This document shows, piece by piece, positions 46,888 to 55,193 of a stretch of 64,000 nt of DNA. The DNA is from an uncultured Acidobacteriota bacterium. Lineage in GTDB: Bacteria; Acidobacteriota; Vicinamibacteria; Fen-336. Position numbers and translations under genes: made by a program. Position 1 is the first letter of the stretch; each line of letters opens with the position of its first letter. A model generated the notes under the pieces. It saw nothing but the letters and a program-made list of their open reading frames with translations. It was not told the origin of the DNA and did no database searches. The stretch covers positions 512,001-576,000 of the forward strand of contig OY970399.1 of assembly GCA_963720545.1 (NCBI GenBank), given 5' to 3'.

Positions 46888-48184
46888 GGGCAATGCGCAT
46901 CGCCTCGGCGGCCGCCGCGACGGTTGCGTCGATCTGGGCATCGGTGTGGGCGATGGAGATGAAGTTGGCCTCGAACTGCGACGGGGCGAGGAAAAAGCCG
47001 CGGTCGAGCATCACGTGGAAGAAACGGCCATAGCGCGTGGCGTCGCTGGCCTTCGCCGAGGGCCAGTCGACGACCGCGTCTGCGGTGAAGAACAGCGTCC
47101 ACATGGACGCGGCGCGCTGGATGCGGCACGGCACGCCCTGTGCGGCGATGGCCCCCGCGATGCCCTGCTCGAGCCGCGCGCCGAGGGCTTCGAGCCGCGT
47201 GTAGAGATCGGGCATCGCGGCAATCGTGCGCAGCGTCGCGAGCCCTGCCGCCATGCCGAGCGGGTTGCCCGACAGCGTACCCGCCTGGTACACGGGCCCT
47301 TCCGGGGCCACCTGGCTCATCAGGTCGCGGCGCCCGCCGTAGGCTGCGACCGGCAGGCCGCCGCCGACGATCTTGCCGAGGGTCGTGAGGTCGGGCCGCA
47401 CCGAGAACCGCTCCTGCGCGCCACCGCGGCTCACGCGGAAGCCGGTCATCACCTCGTCGAAGATGAGGAGCGCGCCGTGCTCGTCGCACAGCGCGCGCAG
47501 ACCGCCCAGGAAGCCCGCGGCCGGCACGACCACGCCCATGTTGCCGACCACCGGTTCGACGATGAGCGCGGCAACCTTGCCGGGATTGGCGGCAAACAGC
47601 GCGGACACATCGGCGAGGTCGTTGAAGCGGGCGTTCAGTGTATCGCGCGCCGTGGCCGGCGTGACCCCGGGGCTGTCCGGCGTGCCGAAGGTCGCGGCAC
47701 CCGAGCCGGCGCGGATCAGGAACGAGTCGGCATGGCCGTGGTAGCAGCCCTCGAACTTGATGACACGATCCCGGCCGGTAGCCGCACGCGCCAGCCGGAT
47801 CGCGGACATGGTGGCCTCGGTGCCCGAGTTCACCATGCGCACCTTCTCGATCGCCGGCATGAGGCTCGTCAGCAGCTCGCCCATCTCCACTTCGAGCCGG
47901 CTCGGCGCGCCGAACGAGATGCCGGCCCGGGCTTGCTCACGCACCGCCGCAACCACCGCCGGGTGCGAGTGGCCCAGGATCATCGGACCCCACGAACCGA
48001 TGTAGTCGACGAGCGCCCGGCCGTCCTCGTCGAAGACCAGCGAGCCTGCGGCGCGGGCGATGAACCGCGGGCTGCCGCCGACTGCGCGGTAGGCGCGCAC
48101 CGGCGAATTGACGCCGCCCGGCAGCACCTTCCCCGCCCGCTCGAAGAGCAACTCGCTGGCGGTCGTTTCGCTCGCTTGCGTCAT
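46880..48184 (-). CDS. hemL: Glutamate-1-semialdehyde 2,1-aminomutase
   Basis: PGGVNSPVRA, SWGP.ILGH, NSGTEATM, FDEVMTGFR, GKI.GGGLP, YQAGTLSGNP. Confidence 0.97.
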   Translation of the reverse strand: MTQASETTASELLFERAGKVLPGGVNSPVRAYRAVGGSPRFIARAAGSLVFDEDGRALVDYIGSWGPMILGHSHPAVVAAVREQARAGISFGAPSRLEVEMGELLTSLMPAIEKVRMVNSGTEATMSAIRLARAATGRDRVIKFEGCYHGHADSFLIRAGSGAATFGTPDSPGVTPATARDTLNARFNDLADVSALFAANPGKVAALIVEPVVGNMGVVVPAAGFLGGLRALCDEHGALLIFDEVMTGFRVSRGGAQERFSVRPDLTTLGKIVGGGLPVAAYGGRRDLMSQVAPEGPVYQAGTLSGNPLGMAAGLATLRTIAAMPDLYTRLEALGARLEQGIAGAIAAQGVPCRIQRAASMWTLFFTADAVVDWPSAKASDATRYGRFFHVMLDRGFFLAPSQFEANFISIAHTDAQIDATVAAAAEAMRIAHE

Positions 48185-48187
48185 GGT

Positions 48188-49171
48188 TCACGCCAGCAGG
48201 CGCGCAGCCTCCTTCGCGAAGTAGGTCAGGATCACGTCGGCGCCCGCGCGGCGGATCGCGATCAGCGACTCCAGCATGGCGCGTTCGCCGTCGATCCAGC
48301 CGTTGGCGGCCGCGGCGCGCAGCATCGCGTACTCGCCCGAGACGTGGTAGGCGCAGACCGGCGCCGCGAAGCGCTGCTTCACTCGCCAGATGACGTCGAG
48401 ATACGGGAGCGCCGGCTTCACCATGACGACGTCGGCGCCCTCTTCGAGATCGAGCGCCACCTCGCGCAGCGCTTCGTCGGAATTGGCGGGATCCATCTGG
48501 TAGCCGCGGCGGTCGCCGAAGGACGGCGTCGAGCCGGCGGCTTCACGAAACGGCCCGTAGAAAGCCGATGCGTACTTCGCCGCGTACGACACCAGCACCA
48601 CGTCGCTGCGTCCGGCGGCGTCGAGAGCGCGACGGATGACGCCGACGCGGCCGTCCATCATGTCGGAGGGCGCAACCACGTCGGCGCCGGCCTCCGCGTA
48701 GACGAGCGCTGCCTGCGCCAGCAGCGGCAGCGTCGCGTCGTTGTCCACCTCGACGCCGCGCGCATCCTCGTGCAGCGGCCCGCAGTGGCCGTGGTCGGTG
48801 TACTCGCACAGGCACACGTCGGCCCACAGCGACATCTGCGGCAACTCAACCCGCAGGGCGCGCAGCGCCGCCGGCACCGGCCCGTTCGGATCCCACGCCG
48901 CCGTCCCGTGCGCGTTCTTCGCGTCAGGGATGCCGAAGAGGATGACGCCCGGCACGCCGAGCGAGTGCAGCTCACGGCATTCCCCTAGCAGCAGGTCGAC
49001 GCTGAGGCGGTCGCAACCGGGCATCGCGCCGATGGGCACGCGCACGTTCTCGCCGCCGCACACGAACAGCGGCGCGATCAGGTCGCTCGGCGCGAGCCGC
49101 GTCTGCGCGAACATCCGGCGCAGCGTCTCGGTGCGCCGCAGGCGCCGCGGCCGCGACAGCGGATAGCTCAA
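48188..49171 (-). CDS. hemB: Porphobilinogen synthase (Zn-type)
   Basis: TTG at 49171 overlaps the hemD stop; RPRRLR, CLCEYT.HGHC, APSDMMDGR, FYGPFREA, MVKP. Confidence 0.97.
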   Translation of the reverse strand: MSYPLSRPRRLRRTETLRRMFAQTRLAPSDLIAPLFVCGGENVRVPIGAMPGCDRLSVDLLLGECRELHSLGVPGVILFGIPDAKNAHGTAAWDPNGPVPAALRALRVELPQMSLWADVCLCEYTDHGHCGPLHEDARGVEVDNDATLPLLAQAALVYAEAGADVVAPSDMMDGRVGVIRRALDAAGRSDVVLVSYAAKYASAFYGPFREAAGSTPSFGDRRGYQMDPANSDEALREVALDLEEGADVVMVKPALPYLDVIWRVKQRFAAPVCAYHVSGEYAMLRAAAANGWIDGERAMLESLIAIRRAGADVILTYFAKEAARLLA

Positions 49172-49959
49172 TGGAGCCGCACCCTGCGACCTTCGATTGC
49201 GGCCATCACCGCTTCCGCCAGGCCGTCCACCGTGCGGCAGCGCGGTTCGACGTCGGCGGGCGCGCCCAGCGACGCGAGCGCTGCCGACGTCGTCGGCCCG
49301 ACACTGGCCACCACGGTCCTCTTCACAAGCACCCGAAGCGAAGCATCGTCGAACGCCGCGGCCAGTGAAAAGGCGGCGGACGGCGCAAGGAACGTCACCG
49401 CGGCGATCTCGCCGGCATCGAGCAGCGCGCGGAAGCGCCCTGTCTCCGCGGGCTCGGTGGCGCTGGTCGTGTAGGCAACCGGGTCGCAGACCGTGAAGCC
49501 CATCGCCTCGAGGCGCAATCGGAAGTCGGGAGCGGCGCGCTCCGAGCGCGGCCACAGCACCCGGCCGCGACCAACTGCGTCGAGAGCCGCCGCGAGCCCT
49601 GCCGCGCCCGCGTCCGGTGCCGCCACCACCACGTCCGGCGCGATGTCCTCGGCAAGCAGCGCTTCGGCAGTCGCCGGCCCGGCCGCCGCCACCAACGGGC
49701 GCTCGGCACATCGCGCCAGCAGCATCGTGAAGCCGCGGCCGCACGCAGCCGCAACCGCGCGCCGGCTCGTGAACGCGACGCTGCGGAACGTCGCGAGGTC
49801 GCGAAGCGCCGCGTCGAGCGGGGCGAAGTCGCCGGGCTCGCCAATGGCGGTGGCGGCAAGGGGAAACGGCGCCGCGCCGCGCCGCGCCAGCGCTTGCCAG
49901 AGCGGGCCGCCCGCGCCCTCGTCGCGGGTGATGACGACGATGGGCCGTGCCGCGTTCAT
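49168..49959 (-). CDS. hemD: Uroporphyrinogen-III synthase
   Basis: V.ITR, FTS..AV, GP.TA.AL, V.Y.T, F..PSA, SVGP.T..AL...G; lies between hemC and hemB. Confidence 0.88.
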   Translation of the reverse strand: MNAARPIVVITRDEGAGGPLWQALARRGAAPFPLAATAIGEPGDFAPLDAALRDLATFRSVAFTSRRAVAAACGRGFTMLLARCAERPLVAAAGPATAEALLAEDIAPDVVVAAPDAGAAGLAAALDAVGRGRVLWPRSERAAPDFRLRLEAMGFTVCDPVAYTTSATEPAETGRFRALLDAGEIAAVTFLAPSAAFSLAAAFDDASLRVLVKRTVVASVGPTTSAALASLGAPADVEPRCRTVDGLAEAVMAAIEGRRVRLH

Positions 49960-50933
49960 CGTTCCACCGCCGCGGCCAGCGCAGGATTGGCGGCGTGCGC
50001 CGCGCGCACTTCAGAAAGGATGGCGCTGGCACCCTCGGCGAGCGCGCGGCCTCCAAGGACATCGCCGAACGCAACCGCAGCCGCCTCGCTCGTGACCTCC
50101 TCGACAGCACGCTGCCGCACCACTTGCTGTCCATTGACGCTTGCGACCATCGCATCGAGCTGCAGGCGGCCGTCCTGCCAGGTGCCCAGAGCGCCCACCG
50201 GCGCCTGACAGCCGCCTTCGACGCGATGGAGGAACGCCCGCTCGGCAGCCACCGCCAGGCGGGTCGGCCCATGGTCGAGCGCCGCGGCCAGCGCGCATGC
50301 GCGTGCGTCGCCGCTGCGCACCTGCACGGCAAGCGCCCCCTGTCCCGGCGCCGGCACGAAGTCACGCGCGTCGAGCAGCTCGCTCACACGCCGTGCGAGC
50401 CCCAGGCGCGCGAGCCCGGCCTGCGCCAGGATCACGGCGTCGCAGTCGCCGCGGTCGAGTTTCGCGAGGCGGGTCGGCACGTTGCCGCGCAGGTCGCACA
50501 CGCGCAGGTCGGGGCGGGCCGCGAGCAGCTGCGCGCGGCGGCGCAGCGACGACGTGCCGATGCGCGCGCCGCGGCCGAGCTGCCGCAACCCGCCGCCGGC
50601 GCGCGACACCAACGCGTCGCGCGGATCCTCGCGTTCCAGGATCGCGGCAAGCTGCAGGCCGGCGCCCGGCGCCGTCTGCAGGTCCTTGAGGCTGTGGACG
50701 GCGATGTCGACGCGCCCTTCTAACAGTGCATCCTCGATCTCGCGCGTGAAGACCCCCTGGGTGCCGATGGCGGCGAACGCCGCGGCGGCGGCCTGGTCAC
50801 CGGCGGTCCGGACGACGACCACCTCGATGCCGAGCCCAGGCGTCGCCTCCAGGAGCCGTTCGCGGACATGCCCGGCCTGCCACAAGGCCAGGGCGCTGCC
50901 GCGCGTGCCGAGCCGCAGCGCTGCGTCAGCCAA
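49956..50933 (-). CDS. hemC: Hydroxymethylbilane synthase
   Basis: TTG at 50933; GTRGS.LA.WQA, AVHSLKD, GTSSLRR, RGNV.TR, EGGC. Confidence 0.96.
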   Translation of the reverse strand: MADAALRLGTRGSALALWQAGHVRERLLEATPGLGIEVVVVRTAGDQAAAAAFAAIGTQGVFTREIEDALLEGRVDIAVHSLKDLQTAPGAGLQLAAILEREDPRDALVSRAGGGLRQLGRGARIGTSSLRRRAQLLAARPDLRVCDLRGNVPTRLAKLDRGDCDAVILAQAGLARLGLARRVSELLDARDFVPAPGQGALAVQVRSGDARACALAAALDHGPTRLAVAAERAFLHRVEGGCQAPVGALGTWQDGRLQLDAMVASVNGQQVVRQRAVEEVTSEAAAVAFGDVLGGRALAEGASAILSEVRAAHAANPALAAAVER

Positions 50934-52200
50934 GGATGTCCTCGTGCTCGGGCGTGAGCCCGAACAACTCGTGTGCCGCGCGCAGCCGCGCGCTGCCCTC
51001 GGCGGTGCGCGGGTCGATGCCGCGCAACTGGCTGGCCGGTGCCTGCAGCAGTTTGTTGACGAGCGCACGCGTGAGCCGCTCGATGTCGCGGCGATGCTCG
51101 GCCGGGAAGCCCGCGAGGTGGCGCTCGACCTCGGCTTCGCGGATCGACTCGAAGCGTGCGCGCAGCCGGCGCTCGAACGGCGGCCGGCGGAAGCTCTCGT
51201 CCCACGCGACGAAGCGGCCGCACTCCTGCGCGACGATGTTCTCGACCTTGCGCACTTCCGCCTCGCGCAGGCTCTGGTTGCGGGCCACCACCTCACCGAC
51301 GTCGTCGATCGACACCAGCGTGACGCCGACGCCGTTAACCGCGGCGCCCGGTTCGACCGCGCGCGGCACCGAGACGTCGATCACCAACAGCGGCCGGCCC
51401 GCGCGACGCGACACGCAGCGATCGAGCGCGGCGCGGGTGAGCAGCGGCGCTTCGGTGCGCACGGCCACCAGCACCACGTCAACGTCGTCGAGGACCGTGT
51501 CGATGTCCTCGAGCCCGACGGCCCGGCCGCGCACTTCCCTGGCCAGGGCCTGCGCGCGCGCCGCGGTGCGGTTCGCGACATAGAGCGCCGCGGCACGCTT
51601 GTCGGCCGCGTGCAGCGCCAGCAGCCTGCCGGTCTCGCCCGCGCCGATCACCAGCACCTTGCGGCTCGCGAACCCGGCCGTGCCGCGCGCGGCGAGCGAC
51701 ACCGCGGCCGACGCCACCGACAAGGCGCCCCTGGCAAGCGCCGTTTCCGCGCGTCCGCGCCGTCCTGCGCCGAGCGCCGCGGCCACCAGCCGCTCGAGCC
51801 GCGGACCCGAGGCGCCCGCCGCACGCGACAGCGCCAGCGCGTCCTTCACCTGGCCGAGGATCTCGGTTTCGCCGAGGATCCGCGACTCGAGGCCGCAGGC
51901 GACTCGCAACAGGTGGCGGCAGGCCGCCTCATCCGAGGCACGCCGCGCCGCGGCTGCCAGGGCCTGCTCACGCTCGGCGCCGAGCGTGCGCGCGACGAAG
52001 CTGTCAAAGGCGCCGCGGTCCGGCGCGAATGCGTACACTTCCGCGCGGTTGCAGGTGCTGAGCACCAGCGCTTCGCGCCAGACGCCGGCCGCGATGCCCT
52101 CGCGCAGCAGCTCCTGCGCCGCGGCGGCATCACGCGCCGCGTGTTCGCGCAGTTCCACCGCCGCTACACGGTGATCGACGCCAAGAAGTTGAAGATCCAT
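50926..52200 (-). CDS. hemA: Glutamyl-tRNA reductase
   Basis: LSTCNR catalytic Cys, GL.S...GE..ILGQVK, IGAGE, D.SVPR; GAGAGGG SD directly before the ATG. Confidence 0.95.
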   Translation of the reverse strand: MDLQLLGVDHRVAAVELREHAARDAAAAQELLREGIAAGVWREALVLSTCNRAEVYAFAPDRGAFDSFVARTLGAEREQALAAAARRASDEAACRHLLRVACGLESRILGETEILGQVKDALALSRAAGASGPRLERLVAAALGAGRRGRAETALARGALSVASAAVSLAARGTAGFASRKVLVIGAGETGRLLALHAADKRAAALYVANRTAARAQALAREVRGRAVGLEDIDTVLDDVDVVLVAVRTEAPLLTRAALDRCVSRRAGRPLLVIDVSVPRAVEPGAAVNGVGVTLVSIDDVGEVVARNQSLREAEVRKVENIVAQECGRFVAWDESFRRPPFERRLRARFESIREAEVERHLAGFPAEHRRDIERLTRALVNKLLQAPASQLRGIDPRTAEGSARLRAAHELFGLTPEHEDILG

Positions 52201-52329
52201 CCCTCTCGTACCCGTTCCTGCACGCGCGACCTCGTGGACGGTGGGCGCGTGTTCCAGGGCAAGCGCCCCGGAGTCCTTGCTGAGTTGACCTGCGAAGGAC
52301 CGTTAGAACGGCGGGGGGCGGGAGAAGAG
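52201..52329 (-). promoter_or_regulatory. Putative translational attenuator RNA structure that sequesters the hemA ribosome-binding site
   Basis: Three hairpins in the 102-nt intergenic mRNA. They are closed by pairing of the upstream ORF's last codons (CCGUUC, CUUCUC) with GAACGG and GAGAGG just before the hemA AUG. Folded by eye. Confidence 0.55.
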
Positions 52330-52788
52330 CGACGGCGTGAACGCGGCGCGTCTTGCCGAAATGGCGGAGACGACGCCCACGCGCGCATGTCGAAGCCGCG
52401 GCACCAGAAGCTGGGCGCGGCCAAGAAGCGCCGTGACCAGCAGGATGGTGGCGACGATCGGCGCGAGCGAGCCGGGAAGCAGGAAAATGCCGTCGGCGTT
52501 GGCAACAGAATCGACAGGTGGCGCCGCCACGCCAAGATGCAGCGCCACCACCAGTACGCCGAGCACGACCAGCTTGCGCGTGGAGAACGGACGGCCGCGG
52601 CGCCACAGTTCGCGCAGCGCGGCGACGACGGCAAGGGCCGCTCCCCAGCGCACGAAATCGAGCGCGCCGAAGTCGGCCCGGGCAATGCGCGAAAGAAGCA
52701 GCCAGACGTGGAACAGGACCAGCGGCACGCCGGATGCGGCGCCCGCGATCCACAACAACTTCCGGCCAGTCAAGGTCTTGCCAGTCAC
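52303..52788 (-). CDS. Four-TM membrane protein with a C-terminal RPPP (RAPP-like) motif; candidate ribosome-arrest leader of the hem operon
   Basis: 161 aa, four hydrophobic helices, His27 and His84 within helices, ends ...TPSLFSRPPPF-stop, 102 nt upstream of hemA. Confidence 0.7.
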   Translation of the reverse strand: MTGKTLTGRKLLWIAGAASGVPLVLFHVWLLLSRIARADFGALDFVRWGAALAVVAALRELWRRGRPFSTRKLVVLGVLVVALHLGVAAPPVDSVANADGIFLLPGSLAPIVATILLVTALLGRAQLLVPRLRHARVGVVSAISARRAAFTPSLFSRPPPF

Positions 52789-52800
52789 CTGCTGCCGACC

Positions 52801-53562
52801 TTACGACGCCGGAGTGCCCCGGTCAAGGCTGATCTGCCCCGGCTGGCGGCGCAGCTCGTCCACCAGCCGCGCGTTGCGCAGGGCCACCACCAGGAACTCG
52901 GCGATGGTTTCGCCGGTGGCCACGTCGTCGAGGCCGAAATCGTCGATCTGGTCGCTCTGCACGTCGATCGCCCCCACCACCTCGCCGCCGTCCATCAGCG
53001 GCACCACCATCTCGGAGCGCGTGTCGAGGACGTCGCGGCGATAGTCGGGGTCGCGGCGCACGTCGCTCACCACCTGCGGCGCGCGCTTGCGCACCGCGCG
53101 GCCGATGATGCCGGCAGCCGGGGCCTGCGCGCGTCCCGCCGACTGGCGGCTCACGCCCTCGCGTCCGGCCCACCGCCCGATCAGGACGCCATCGGTATCG
53201 AGCACGGTGACCGCGACCGAGTTGTAGTTCATCTTTTCCTGGATGGCGCGCGCCGCCTCCTGCATGAGCGCATCGGATTCGAGGATGGACGCGACCCGGT
53301 GGATGACCGAGTTGAGCATGGCCAGGTGGTCGGCGCGGCGCTGGTGGAGGCGCGACTGCGCCCGCAGCGCGGACACTTCCTCGCTGAGTTCACCCAGGCG
53401 CGCGAGCGCCAACCCGTCGGGCCCGCCGCCGGCCCTGTGCGTCGCCGGCCTGCGAACCGCCGGTGCGGCCCGCCTCGCCTTCTTCAGCGGGTTCCTCGTG
53501 GTCGTCTTCTTCTTCACCGCTTTTTTCTTCACCGCGGTCTTCCTGCTGGCGCGCGACTTCAT
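52801..53562 (-). CDS. Stand-alone GAF-domain protein with a Lys/Arg-rich N-terminal tail
   Basis: ATG at 53562 overlaps the menG stop (ATGA); GIIGRA......V.DVR.DP.Y....TRSE..VPL...G..VGAIDVQS....F...D GAF signature. Confidence 0.85.
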   Translation of the reverse strand: MKSRASRKTAVKKKAVKKKTTTRNPLKKARRAAPAVRRPATHRAGGGPDGLALARLGELSEEVSALRAQSRLHQRRADHLAMLNSVIHRVASILESDALMQEAARAIQEKMNYNSVAVTVLDTDGVLIGRWAGREGVSRQSAGRAQAPAAGIIGRAVRKRAPQVVSDVRRDPDYRRDVLDTRSEMVVPLMDGGEVVGAIDVQSDQIDDFGLDDVATGETIAEFLVVALRNARLVDELRRQPGQISLDRGTPAS

Positions 53563-54308
53563 CGGGGTTTCTCCGCTCGGTAGAGATGGGCAATGCCGGA
53601 CGTCAGCGATTCCGCGGTGATGGCGGCGAATCCGTTGCGCTCGAGCAGCTCGCAGAAGCGCTGCGGCTCCGGGAACCGCGCGATCGACGACGGCAGGTAT
53701 TCGTAGGCCGAGCGGTCGCCGCTGACGAGCGCGCCGACGCGCGGCAGGACGTGGCGCGAGTAGGAACGGTACAAGGCACCCATGAGGCCGCGTGGGTTCG
53801 AGAACTCGAGTATCAGGAAGCGCCCGCCCGGGCGCAGCACCCGCGCCACCTCGGCCATGGCCTGCTCGAGACGCAGCACGTTGCGGATGCCGAACGAGAC
53901 ACACGCGGCATCGAAGGACGCTGCGGCAAACGACAGGTTCTCCGCATCGCCGCCGAGGAGCGTCGCACGCCCGGCGAGTCCGGCGCGTTCGAGCTTGCCG
54001 TGTCCCAGCGACAGCATCCCCGACGAAAGGTCGATGCCGGCGCCGGTGGTGCCGCCGGTCTTGCGCAGCGCTGCGCGCAGGACATCGGCGGTGCCGGTGC
54101 ACAGGTCGAGGAGTCGCTCGCCGTTTTGCAGTTCCAGCCGCTTCACCAGGCGCCGCCGCCAGCGCAGGTCGGTGCCGCCGGAGAGCAGGTGGTTGAGCAG
54201 GTCGTAGCGGTGCGCGATGCGGTCGAACATCGACCGCACGGCCGCTTTCTCGGGGGCGCCGGGCGTCGGACCGGGCAACACCGCCGACGAGCTCCTCACC
54301 ACGGCCAC
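53559..54308 (-). CDS. menG: Demethylmenaquinone methyltransferase (UbiE/MenG family)
   Basis: MFD.IA.RYD.LN..LS.G.D..WR, LDLCTGT.D, FG.RN, RVL.PGG, AY.YL..SI. Confidence 0.92.
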   Translation of the reverse strand: MAVVRSSSAVLPGPTPGAPEKAAVRSMFDRIAHRYDLLNHLLSGGTDLRWRRRLVKRLELQNGERLLDLCTGTADVLRAALRKTGGTTGAGIDLSSGMLSLGHGKLERAGLAGRATLLGGDAENLSFAAASFDAACVSFGIRNVLRLEQAMAEVARVLRPGGRFLILEFSNPRGLMGALYRSYSRHVLPRVGALVSGDRSAYEYLPSSIARFPEPQRFCELLERNGFAAITAESLTSGIAHLYRAEKPR

Positions 54309-54315
54309 CTGCGAA

Positions 54316-55179
54316 TTATAGAAGGACGAGGGCGGTCACGGTGGCCGCAAGGTACAGGACGCTGATCCAGCCGTTCACGGTGAAGAACGCGGCGTTCACG
54401 CGCGACAGGTCGGAGGCGCTCACCAGGCTGTGCTCGTACACGAGCAGCAGCGCCACCAGCGCCACCCCGAGGAGGTAGGCGGGGTGCAGCGGATGGAACC
54501 AGTAGACCGAGGCGAGCGATGCCACCGCCAACACGTGCAGGCCGCGCGCGATCCCGAGCGCCGTCGCGACTCCGAAGCGTGCGGGCAGCGACCGCAGGCC
54601 GGCGCCGCGGTCGAAGTCGGCGTCCTGGCACGAATAGATGACGTCGAAGCCCGCCACCCAAAACAGCACGCCGAAGCCGACGAGGAACGGCACCACCGCG
54701 AAGCTGCCGCGGATGGCGAGCCATGCGCCGACGGGCGCAATCGCAAGTGCGACGCCAAGGACGAGGTGCGACAGCGACGTGAACCGCTTGGTATACGAGT
54801 AGCCGCAGACGATTGCCAGCGCCAAAGGCGCCAGCACTCCGCACAGCGGGTTGAGCGCGACCGCCGCTGCCACGAATGCCGCGGCCGACAGCGCCACGAA
54901 CAACCAGACATGCAGCCGCGCCAGCCGGCCCGACGGCAGCTCGCGGCCGCTGGTGCGCGGGTTGCGCGCATCGATGTCGTGATCGGCGAGGCGGTTGAAA
55001 CCCATGGCCGCGCTGCGCGCGCCGACCATGGCCACGACGATGAGCGCCACCTGGCGCAGCGTGACCCCGTTGCCGCCGGCAAGCGCCGCCGCCGCGAGCG
55101 CGAACGGCAACGCAAACAGCGAATGCGAGAAGCGGATCATCCGCCCGTAGTCGACGACACGCCCGCCGGCGGTGATCAT
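54316..55179 (-). CDS. mqnP: UbiA-family prenyltransferase of the futalosine pathway
   Basis: ATG at 55179; HS.FALPFA, ARS.AM..NR..D...D..NPRT..R, YS..KR, FD..Y..QD...D, N.AFF..NG. Confidence 0.88.
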   Translation of the reverse strand: MITAGGRVVDYGRMIRFSHSLFALPFALAAAALAGGNGVTLRQVALIVVAMVGARSAAMGFNRLADHDIDARNPRTSGRELPSGRLARLHVWLFVALSAAAFVAAAVALNPLCGVLAPLALAIVCGYSYTKRFTSLSHLVLGVALAIAPVGAWLAIRGSFAVVPFLVGFGVLFWVAGFDVIYSCQDADFDRGAGLRSLPARFGVATALGIARGLHVLAVASLASVYWFHPLHPAYLLGVALVALLLVYEHSLVSASDLSRVNAAFFTVNGWISVLYLAATVTALVLL

Positions 55180-55193
55180 GGCCGCGCCTCGCG

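Noticed and set aside
48188..51296. Long N-terminal extensions on HemB (725 aa) and HemC (446 aa), and similarly on HemG, MqnP and the cyclodeaminase
   Set aside because: The extensions overlap upstream genes in other frames; family similarity begins at the internal starts I annotated.
50482..53583. 1033-aa plus-strand ORF and other long antisense ORFs (e.g. 28174..31164, 12138..14567, 46814..48988)
   Set aside because: They shadow well-supported genes on the opposite strand, are Arg/Ala/Gly-rich with no recognisable motifs, and are expected in high-GC DNA where stop codons are scarce.
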